The position numbers and the translations under genes were made by a program. The notes under the pieces were generated by a model. The model was not told the DNA's origin. It saw only the letters and a list, made by a program, of their open reading frames with translations, and ran no database searches. A DNA stretch of 64,000 bases from Schmidtea polychroa (lineage: Eukaryota): contig CM097886.1 in NCBI GenBank assembly GCA_044892525.1, positions 170,488,312 to 170,552,311 of the forward strand. Reading direction: 5' to 3'. This document shows positions 30,628 through 42,100 of the stretch, piece by piece (position 1 is the stretch's first letter; each line of letters begins with the position of its first letter).

Positions 30628-31528
30628 TGTAATGTATTGTAATTCTTTATTTTTTTGGTTCTGTTAATCGTTTGGTATGAATGCAAATAACAATTCTGCA
30701 CGTTGCACGTGGAGAAGGTTTTTTATTTTATTTCTAAAAAAATAAACTATATAGTGATAATTTACCATAGTAAATTATCACTATAGAAAATTACAAAAAA
30801 TAAATTTTAAAAAAAAATCGATAAAAATTTATACAACCGAAGAATCTAAAAGCTAATTTAGAATTAAAACCGTCCCTCGAAAAAAGAAACAACGAAGCTA
30901 CTACGACTCATAAATTTTAATTGTCTCTACAAGGAAATTAAATACTATTCAAATTTCAGTGAATATCTTCCTGCTCCAATAGTCGCTTTCAGTAGTCAAA
31001 ACATTATTGGCAACATTGAATATTAATTTCGGAATTAATCTTGGAAACGAAGTGGTAATTTCTAAAGTACTATTATTTAGTTGTTTTGTTAAATAAAAGT
31101 TTTAGTACTGTAACCATTTTGTTGTATATTAATTTACTTTAATTTACATTACACAACACACACCCCGATTGTCCCAACACATTTTTTTTATCGGTGACTC
31201 TTTCGGGCTCATCTATTTTCTCTTAACATCCACGAAATTAACAAGCACTTTCATTAATATAACAATTGGTGTCAGAAGAAAAAAAACAATAACATAACAC
31301 GCATTCGGCATTTGTTATTTCAATCACGAAACCTTTCAGTATAGTTATTATAGAACTATAAAGGCTAGTGACACTGTTGGCCGAACACAGTAGGCCATAT
31401 CCTTCTGATAAACTATTATATTTTTTTCAACACAACAACAAAACAAATAAATGGCTTCAAACCAGCAAAACCCGACAAACAATACACAGATACCCAACAA
31501 CTATGAAATTGCTCACTCACCGGAACCA
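30628..31528 (+). mobile_element. Truncated gypsy element (family 2): LTR 30628-31264, tRNA-Leu-type PBS 31267-31278, start of a gag-like ORF at 31451
   Basis: TGTAA...TAACA|AT|TGGTGTCAGAAG; interrupts the cargo-element 3' block and is flanked by ATTAC/ATTAC. Confidence 0.7.
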
Positions 31529-32158
31529 ATTACCAACATGATTTATTATCATGGGTACACATGAGGGAGATTAGTGACAACCATAATGGGCGTTTAGGAA
31601 GGAATCTCTTACGGAACAACAATCATCACTCCTAGCAACCACCATCGAGACACCCCCTAAGCGCCCAACAGTAAATAAAAAGACAAAATCACAATTAAAA
31701 CTTTCGTTACCTACCTGAACCCAACAATAAATTAAATTAAGTCTTTATTATATAAAATCTGTCAATGGTGTGGCATCATTTCGGAGTTATAAATTACACG
31801 TTAGATTATTATAGAAACGTAATACTGGTCTAAGCCTACAGGAATTATGCATTAATCGACATGACTTTTGTCTGAGCATGCTGAAGATTAATTTTCTTTC
31901 GAATGTTATTTTTCAGATTATAGTATTGAGATTATTTCTTTTTTACTGTATAAAATAAAATAAATTAGTTAATTATAAAATTAATCAAAACTTTGTACTT
32001 TCTACAATAAAGTTAATTTACTGTGTAACTATTATTAAATATATCATTAGTATTGCTTTTTAATATTCTAATAAATAAACAACATTAAACTTTTAAAATT
32101 AACTTGAATTTCAAACTGAATTTGTTTAAATATTTACATTTATTCTAGGATTTTTAAA

Positions 32159-33095
32159 ATGAAAGTCGAGACAAAAACTAAGTCTAAGCATCATGAAAAA
32201 AATCTTGCAATTAAAGCTAAAAAGGAGAATAGCAAATTGCAGAGGAAGGCACGGATAGAGCGTAAAAAAGCGGGAATTTTCCTTAAACCGAAAACAATTG
32301 AGTCTATGAGTACTTATAAAACTCCTGTCGTATCTACTGAAAATAAAGAAATGGCAGAAGTTTTGGAAAAGGTTTAATTGATAAATTATATATTTTTTAA
32401 TCATATTTTAGGACGAGCTTTCTTCTATAATTAATAATAATTTAGAGCCTAAAGTTCTTATTACCTCTTCAATTAAAGGTAGTCCAAGACTCCATGGCTT
32501 TTGTATTGAATTTGCATCGGTAATACCGAAAGCTGAATATTGCAATAGAAAAAATTTACAAATGAAAAACATTGTAAAGCAAGCAAAAGATAATTCATTT
32601 ACCGCTGTCATTATTATAGGTGAAAATGACAAGTTAATTGATTCAATGAAAATCTATTGTTTACCCGATGGACCTACAGCAAGTTTTCGATTATCCCATG
32701 TTTATTTGCGATCTGAACATAAGAATACAAAACACTTTTCAGGACTCGAAAATATTAATCCTCAAGTGGCTTTATTAAATTTCAAAACGATGTTAGGTCT
32801 AAGACTAAGCAGAATTTTTTTGAGTTTATTTCCTGTTGCAAATGCTTTAGATGCACATAGTCATCACAGAACTATCACATTTAAAAACGGTAGAGATTTT
32901 ATATTTTTCAGACATCACAGATTCCAAATTAAAGAATCTGGTGAAAAGTTTAGGGCACCAATGAATGAAGTTGGTCCGAGATTTTCATTAAGATTAGAGT
33001 CTTTACATAAAGGCTTGTTCGAAAACAGTCCGGATTTTGAATATATTTATGATAGGCGTGAAAATAACAGTAACAGAAGGCAATTTAATAACTAA
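32159..33095 (+). CDS. RPF1: Ribosome production factor 1 (Brix domain)
   Basis: Exons 32159-32371 and 32412-33095 with a 40-nt GT-AG intron; 298 aa. KPKTIES, DE...PKVLITSS, LPDGPTASFRLS, RDFIFFRHHR, EVGPRFSLRLESLHKG and the terminal RRQF match RPF1. Confidence 0.9.
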
Positions 33096-33783
33096 TATAA
33101 TTTTTTGTTTCTGTTGAATTAGAATAATTTTTATTGTGCTTTTGGTAATTTTGATGGGTTTATTGATGTTAATTTATGTTTTAAATGAATTGGATTGTTT
33201 AATTTACAAATCATAAATATTAGCCAATCAGATTTCACCTACTAGCGTGACAATAAAATCTGATGATTTGGACGTATATAAATATTTTATTGCCCATCCA
33301 TAAATAATTATTTACTAATTGTATGATTTGTTATTATTTATTCGAAACCATTATTCGGTTTGTATGTTTATCATTTTTAATCGTAACATGTTTGTTGTAT
33401 GACTCGTTATGTTCAATAATTTCGCAATATAGCAACCTTATGCGATGTTAAATATACTATTAATATTATAGCACTAGGTTCAATTATAAGGTAGAGAAAT
33501 CATGACTATTTAGTGAGCATATTTCATGTGGAAAGCGAGAACCAAATCGTTTCTTCAAACCCTATGTGTCAAATGTAAAGCAAATTTTAAAGAGTAGGTT
33601 TTGTCAAAAGAAAACCGATTTACATTATCTTAACTCTAAAGTTTAACCTAAATTGAATAACATATACTCGGGATTTTGTTATTGAGCATATATTTAGTTT
33701 TTAAATTCTTATTTATAATTAATTATGATGTTGACGTCTCTGTAAATAGGGTCGAGATCTCAACTATTTATCACTGGTGATCA

Positions 33784-34025
33784 CCGTTGTTTGTCGACTT
33801 CCACCATATCCACCGCCACCAGATGGATTTGTTTGGTCAACTCCTGGACAATGTTGTGTTGAGTCAGACTAATTCTCATTTTATTTTAGCGGTAATTTTA
33901 TTAAAAACAAAAATTACCGCTAAAATAAAATGAGAATTAGTCTGAGCCAACACAACATTGCCCAGGAGTTGACCAAACAAATCCATCTGGTGACGGTGGA
34001 TATGGTGGAACTCGACGAACAACGG
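33784..34025. repeat. Fold-back inverted repeat, 116-bp arms (33784-33899 / 33910-34025), 10-nt loop
   Basis: Arms are reverse complements with 6 mismatches and no indels. Confidence 0.95.
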
Positions 34026-35054
34026 CAAGAAAATACGCCCGGGAAAGAGCTGCTCTACTCGAAGCAATCCGGATACTATTACAAACCAGTGTACAATAAA
34101 TTATTATAACACCATCAGGGAAAATGTATTTATCTGTTGTTCATTTATCTATAGATACTGACATAATAAGAGCCGAATCATAGTCGAAATCTATCATTAG
34201 AAGAGACCTAAATGAAAGTCAGACATAAGCCTTCTATCAGCAGTCCGCGGGTATCGGACGGTACATCATTCTTATATTTTGGGTTAGACTGGAAACAGAA
34301 CTAAAGGGTAAAATGCTGATTACATGTAATCCACCAATTGTATTATTATCATTACTTATCACTATTATTAATATTATTTGCTATTATTTAATTTAATTTT
34401 TAATTTTTTCATTGCAAAATTATTTTGACAAAACCAATCTTAAAATGTGAATTCTACCTTTTCTCGAAATAAAGTTTTTGACTTTTAAACAGTACCGTAC
34501 CATTGCATGTGACACTAGGGAAATCGGACTGGTCTTCCAAATATTAAATACACTACACAAACTTCTCCAGTAGCAAAAAAATACCACAATTTGAAATTAA
34601 AGACAAATATGAATTAGAAATACTGTCGATTGAAAATTGAACAACCAGAATTATTAATTGTAATGATATGATTGATGAATTTACTACAAAAAGAGCTAGA
34701 AAAATTGCTATATAGTTTCTTTATATTATATTTTTTAATTAAAATCAAAATGAAAAAAAATTGAAAATTTCATTGTTTAAGTTTTCAGCACAGTGCCGCC
34801 AAGTTACAGTCTGGGCTACTTTTAAATCAAAGAACCAATAATTATTTAAATTACACTTTTATTTCATTTTTAGCAAACTACTCAAATAATTTTTAATAAA
34901 TCACTGAAATTAATTTTAGTATGTTTATTATGTTTAAGTTTATACTATATACCAACTACTAGATTTGACCTACATTTCATTACTATGAGTAATAAAATAT
35001 AAGTCATTTAAACATATGTAAAAAGCATTAAAATTATTTTGCAGCGTCATTAAA

Positions 35055-38000
35055 ATGGAATTTAATCATTATGAAAATTCAACTCTTTCAAACAGTCTAC
35101 TATTTCGTTTCAGAAATAAGGATTCTTATATTGAAATGGATAAATTAATATTTATCAAAAACTTAGGTAATCATAAATATTTTCATTAATCGAATAAAAT
35201 GTTTATATATATCAGGCGAAGGAAATTTTAGTACAGTACAATTAATGAAAGATCCTGTAACAGAAATTGAATTTGCTGTTAAAATGTTTGATAATGTCGC
35301 TGACAATGTCATGAAAGATATTATGAATGATATAGAAATCGGAAAGTCAGTTAGTTCTCCTTTCAAAATCGATTATTATGGAGGTTTAAAAAATAATTAT
35401 CGTATTTGGGTTTTAATGGAACCTATGGATTTATCCGTCCGTCTTTTTTATGAAAAGGTTATATATTTCATTTTGAAAATTGTGTATTTGTACTATATAT
35501 TTTTCCAACTTGATTTACCGATGAAATTATTTTTTTATTTTCCTATTATAATTTTCTTTTTAAAATCGCAATTATGAAATAGTTTTGGAAAATGGAATTT
35601 TATTAGAGTTTGATTCGAAATTAGATAGGTGTATTTTTGTTCTGTACTTGTAATTTTAACAGATTTTCAAATGTACGATGAAGATGGTTTTTAGTAGGAA
35701 AATCAAATATTCTATGGCAAAAGCGGATTATCTACAAAGTATGGTAAACATACTAAACGAGAGATCATTTTCAAATGAATTGAATATATTAAAATTAATC
35801 AATTATATTAAATATGCCTGTTTTCATATAATAATAAAATATATAAAAAATCAATAAAATTATATTATAGAAACACACAAACTTGAGTTGATTTTTAATA
35901 TTGCATGGAATAAATGCATTTTAAATTTTTATATTTTGATGAAATAATGACAGATAAAAATTTAGAATTTAATGCCAAAATCTCTACTGAACTCAATCTT
36001 ATTACTCTAGAGTTAATGAGAAAATGAAGAAAAAATATCAAATGATAAAGATAAATTTCATTTTAGACGTTTATTACGAATTCCAAAAAGTTCATTTAGC
36101 TCTATAATTTACAAATTAGGAAAAATAAACTTTAAAAAATCTATGCAAAAATATAAAAACACTAAATAAACAAATAAAATGAAAATGTGTGGCAAATAAT
36201 ATACAGATATCAAATTTAAAATAAAAATTATTAAAACTTAGTTTAAATTGTAAAAAATCAAAAAAAAACTAAATTTTGTAAATTCAGAATTAAAAAAAAA
36301 CAATTGCTGACTAATTGTAAGTAATATATTTGTTTGCACATTAAACTGTATTATTTATGTTATTATTCAATGCAAATAGGTGTAATTACTGGTAATTCCG
36401 CAGAAGAAAGCACATATTCCTATGAATGCTTCCTTCTGAAAACACTGGTGTAGAAAACTTAATAATTTCTTTATTTTTTGTTTTTTTTACTTGTTTGAGA
36501 AATAAAACCCGAAAAATGCATGGAAGAATATGAAAAGCATAAATTTGCATAAAATAAAATTTTAAAAAATTGATAAAAAAAGTCGGTTGTGTAAACAAGC
36601 GAGAAATTAAACAAATTGGTATCAAAAGGCATTCAAGGGAATTTGAGAGTTTGTCAAAAGTTATTAAAAGAAAAAGAAGTTTTAGAGATGTTTTTAGCTT
36701 AAAGTGGGATAATTGAAATATATAAAGAGATTCAACAACATAAATCGGCTTTACAGTCTCAGCTAGGAAAAGAAACAACGGACAATAATTACGGAGAGAG
36801 AATTATATACCATTTTAGTTTCAAAATGAGAATTGTAAACTTCAATATAATACATTTTATTTTGATTTAAAACAATTAATTTTGATACAAAATATTTGAA
36901 ATTCAATTTATTAATATTGCATATTTTCTAAGTTAAGAGCCGCAGTGAATTTTCTTTAAATGCTTGCGATGCAATTGGCAAATATTGTTGCTGTAATTGT
37001 CTGTAGATCTTCTCTCATAAGGCTTTCAAGGCTCTTAATCTTTGTTCTTTTATGGTCAAATCTGAATTTCTGTTATTAAGAATACTTGAAAACTTTCTTG
37101 AGAGCTCTCTTTTAACATAACTCTTTACCACAGACCAGACATTTTCAATTGGGATAAACATTGTTCTGCCCAAGTCTGAGTATCTTATTTTCACGAAATT
37201 CCCGCTCCTGCAAAACTTCTTCAATTTTACTGTGGCAAAGTGCATTGTCAATTACCATAATCACCATTCCTTGACGAAGGCAGGTTTTCATCCACGCTTA
37301 TTCATTTTCTTTCTTGAACGAACCTCTTCTTATTTCATAATAAATAAATCCAACCGTACTTATGCAGCCTATTACATGAACATTAGCATCTTTTAAGTCA
37401 GCTGCTATAGAGGTGCATCTTGTCCCCGTCAATGATCTGCCTTGTGTTCTTGAAATGTGAATGTTTAAATTCGTCTCATCCATAAGCAAAATAGGTTTAT
37501 TTTGGGACTGAAATTCCAAAAGACATTCCACAAACTCCCTTCGCTTTTGTTTGTTCCCAATGGAGTTTCCCTTTTCAGGTTCATATCTTAAATATTTTAG
37601 CGAATACCAGAGAGTATCTAAATGTTTTAAAATTGTTGTTTTTAAAATACTAAAGTTAACTTTTTTTCAAACGCTGCACCGAGTTCCGTTAATGTAATAC
37701 GACAGTGTTTTTCGATCATTTGCACAAAATAATCTAAATGAATTTCAGTAATTTTGCTAAATCTTTTCTCTCCTCGTTTATCTTTGCTTTCTCCCTCTGC
37801 TATCCAACGATACGCTGTTGATTGTGGAATGTTAATTGTACGTGCAAGTTATCGCCAATCTTTATCCATGTTTAACACGGCAAGTAATTGCATGATTTTA
37901 GATTCTTTTTCTAATTTTTTAATTTTCGCAAACAAATTTTGGGCCTTTCAATTTTGCTATACAAACACATATAAACAATTGCAATTCCGCTGTTTAATTT

Positions 38001-39107
38001 AAACAATTTGTAGAAAATCAGGCTTACTTTTCTTATTTTAATTTTAACAATTCTCATATCGGAGTTTACTACTCTCATTTTGAAACTAAAATGGTATAGA
38101 AATTGTGAGGTGTTTTCAGCTGAGAATTAAATATTTCAATGATTTATTAAGATAATTTTAAATGATAAATAATTGACTATTAAAATAACTTTTAAAATAA
38201 TTTTTAAATTGGATTTTTTAAGTTGAAATTTTTGAATTGATAAATTGAAAAATTAAAATAGCTTTTTGAAAGAAGTTTTATTAGTGAATAATTTTTGAAT
38301 AAATATATTTTAAATATCGAAATTTTAGTAAATGGTTTAGAAAATATTTTATTCAACGCTGAAAATTTGTTTGAAAATTATACAATATTTCATTAAATAA
38401 ATACTTGGAATTATGACGTTAACTTTTGAACCGGATTTAAAAAATAATTTAGAAGATGTGTTAGGAGCTTCTAATAGAAATTATGGAGAAAAGAATTCGA
38501 TTACGGTTAAATGATCATTTGAAATGATTGCTGATATATAGCCGGTGATTATTATTGTTTAGTTTACAGAATATTGGCACCAAGCATTGATATCATTGAA
38601 TATTGTCAAATATTATATTTTATTGCACTTTTTGTGAATAAGTTGTAATTAATTCGTTCTTAATATACTTTAGTTGATTTTGTTATATATTCGATATAAC
38701 AAAGATCACATAGTGTCATAGAGTAACCGACTGGATTTATTTGTCCATTAAAATAACCAGTTCTACGTGTATTTTCCCCATGGATTTATTTCATTGAATT
38801 TTTCAAAAATCTGAAATTTTTAATCAATAATTTGAAATAATTTTGAAAATGTAATGATTAAAATAAAATTTCTAGAAAATAATTTTGAAATAATTACTAC
38901 TTGATTATTTTTACCGTTAGTATTTATATTTGAATATTTGTTTATGTTTATGGTGAGAATTTCGCGCTTACAAATATTGCGGAAATTATAAAACAATTTA
39001 TAAATAAATAAATGTTTAAATAAATTTATAAATCAAAACTGATCTAATTCTTCCAATAACGGATCAAATTCAATAAAATTGAATTAAAATAAAAATTTGT
39101 GACTGTG

Positions 39108-39160
<53 letters not shown>

Positions 39161-42100
39161 ATATTATCTGGCTTGCGAATCCCAAAATTCTTCACTAATT
39201 ATTATTATCATATCCATACTAAAAATTTTTCAAGTTTATTTTATTGTATTAATAATCATCAATATTACACAATGATAAATCAAATAAATCTCATTCACCT
39301 TTAGAATAGCACTAAAATAACGCAATATTTTCTTTAGTTATCAATTGATTGTTGTTGACATTATTAATTATTGATTTTATTATCGATATTATTCATTATT
39401 ATTATTATTATTAATACTATTATTATTTTTATTGATATTAATATTGATATTTTTAATTATTATTGTTATTGTGTTATTATCATTATTACTAGCTATAAGC
39501 CGTCAAAAATGACGGAATCATCAATCCAAATACATAATTCTCCATAGAGTAATTGTAAAAATAACGATCAATTTCATTTTTAATATTTCTAGTTTTAAAA
39601 AAAATGACAGAACGCCATATAAGCGTTATACGATAATCACTCATTCACTCACTCACATAGAGAATTACTAAACAGTAGATAACAGTTAAAAAAGAATTAA
39701 TGGTCCAAATTGGGAAATTATGCATCATTCGATAGAGGAAAGTTGATTTTCAGATAACATTAAAATAAAAATTCCAAGTTATCGATCAAAATTAAAAGTT
39801 ATAATAAGATTTTTCATTTGGTGATTTTAATTAAGAGTTATTCCATAATCACTCATTCCCATACATANNNNNNNNNNNNNNNNNNNNNNNNNNNNNNNNN
39901 NNNNNNNNNNNNNNNNNNNNNNNNNNNNNNNNNNNNNNNNNNNNNNNNNNNNNNNNNNNNNNNNNNNNNNNNNNNNNNNNNNNNNNNNNNNNNNNNNNNN
40001 NNNNNNNNNNNNNNNNNNNNNNNNNNNNNNNNNNNNNNNNNNNNNNNNNNNNNNNNNNNNNNNNNNNNNNNNNNNNNNNNNNNNNNNNNNNNNNNNNNNN
40101 NNNNNNNNNNNNNNNNNTTGCAGAATATTTGTTAAATTAAATGAAAAAAATTTGAGTTATTAGATAATCTTTTTCAATCTCTGAATTTAGCTGTTGCAAT
40201 GTGTTATTGCTTGTTGGCAATTCTTTTACATTCATTTCTTGTCATTTCATTGTTTTAAATAAAATTTAAAATAAAAATTCAATTTATTATTATTATTATT
40301 TTGTATTTTAATTTATTATTCCTAAAATTTATTTATTTATTTGAACGATTTATTAAACATACGCTGATATTATCTCGATTATTATCTTAAGTGTATAAAT
40401 GATCTAGCATTTTCGTTAATATTTTTTTATTATTACAACTACTGAAGTACTAAAATGAAATTTAAGTAAAATTTTTTTTTGCAATTTTATGAGCTCAGAG
40501 TTTCCGTTTATATCACCTTTGTGAAAATCGGCTATGGAAAGCATTTGCATGGAATGGTATTTAATTTTTTTTTAATGCTTCCGTGCTCTTTTTACCTTTA
40601 ATAAGTAAAGGTAATATAGAATACAAAAAAATTTTGTTTGAGGTTAATGATTATCATCTCTGTATAAAATATATAAAAAACTTATTTACTGAACAAAATT
40701 TAATTAATATTCAAACAAAAAAATGTATCCAAAAAATAAATAATTTTTTGAAAATTCTATTTATAAACTTTAAAAACTTACTGTAGAAAATATGGCAATG
40801 TGGATAATCACTACATTAATGTCATAATTAGGGCCCCCCAAAATTTGCATTTAAAATTATTTTTATTATAATTTTTTTATAAAAATTTTTAAATTAAATT
40901 TAATTACTTAAATATGATTAATAATAATAAAAAATATTTTTCATGACGTTTATTCACTTTCCAGTAATAATGTTCCAATTTTATCGCTCGAGTTGTAATA
41001 GAATATAAAATATTTAAAAACGTTATCTTTAGCAAAGTTCCTATCATTGGCAAGTAATTTCTTTAAGATTGAAAAACTCCTCTCTGCAGATATTGAGGTA
41101 GGCGGGCAATTAATTAAAGCAATATACCTTGATGGTGAAAAGTTTTTGTTTTTCGCTTTCATTAACTCACTCATTCCATTTTTATCTAGGCATAAATTAA
41201 TATATTTTTCAAATCTATGGGGTCATCTTTAAAATCAATATTTCTTAATGATTTATATCCAGTCTCAATTGTATGTATGCTCATTTCAAATTCATCCAAA
41301 ACTTTTATTAGCTCGCTGTAATTCTTATTAATCTCAATTAACTCACTAAACAAACCATCCGATTGAACAGCAATTTCCTCAATTTTCACTAGGATTCCAT
41401 CTCATATTCAAATTTTGTATCAACAATGTGTTTAATCTCAATTAGATTTTCTTAACTTTTGCAGAGGAATATCAGATGACAGAAATGCCTCTACTATCAT
41501 TTTAGTTACATCGGGTGTTTCATCAACTAAAGAAGTCTGTACAAGATTATTATTGTTCCTTTAAGGTTCAATATGCATTTTTGCATTTAGATGTGAAGCC
41601 ACATTTAGATCTTATCGACGAATCAACTACAACATAGCATGCATTGCAATAGAGCTCATTACTTTGCGTTTTCCTAAACAAATTTCCATATTCACGAATA
41701 TATTTTGCACATAGTTCAGACTTTGTAGTTATACTTCTAGTCATATACGGGTTTGAAAAATAGAAAATAAAAAATTAAATAGAAAGCAAACTTTAAAATG
41801 CAACCAATAAATGGAAGTGAATTTGCATTTATTTGAAATTATTTGCGTTGGGGGGATCTAGTAATAATAATTACTTAATAATTCGATATGAATTGGTTTG
41901 CATTGTAATGTCTAAATATTTAAGCTTGCTATTCAACAAGACTTTATTTAATTTTGATTGCCGCTTTTGTTAAATTGATATTTCTCTAATTATTTATTTA
42001 TTTATCTTAAATTAGTAAAGTATATTAAAAAATTATATTTATTTAAAATATTCTTATATTTGAAAATCAGATTTTTGCAATATACATAAACAGTCGTCAT

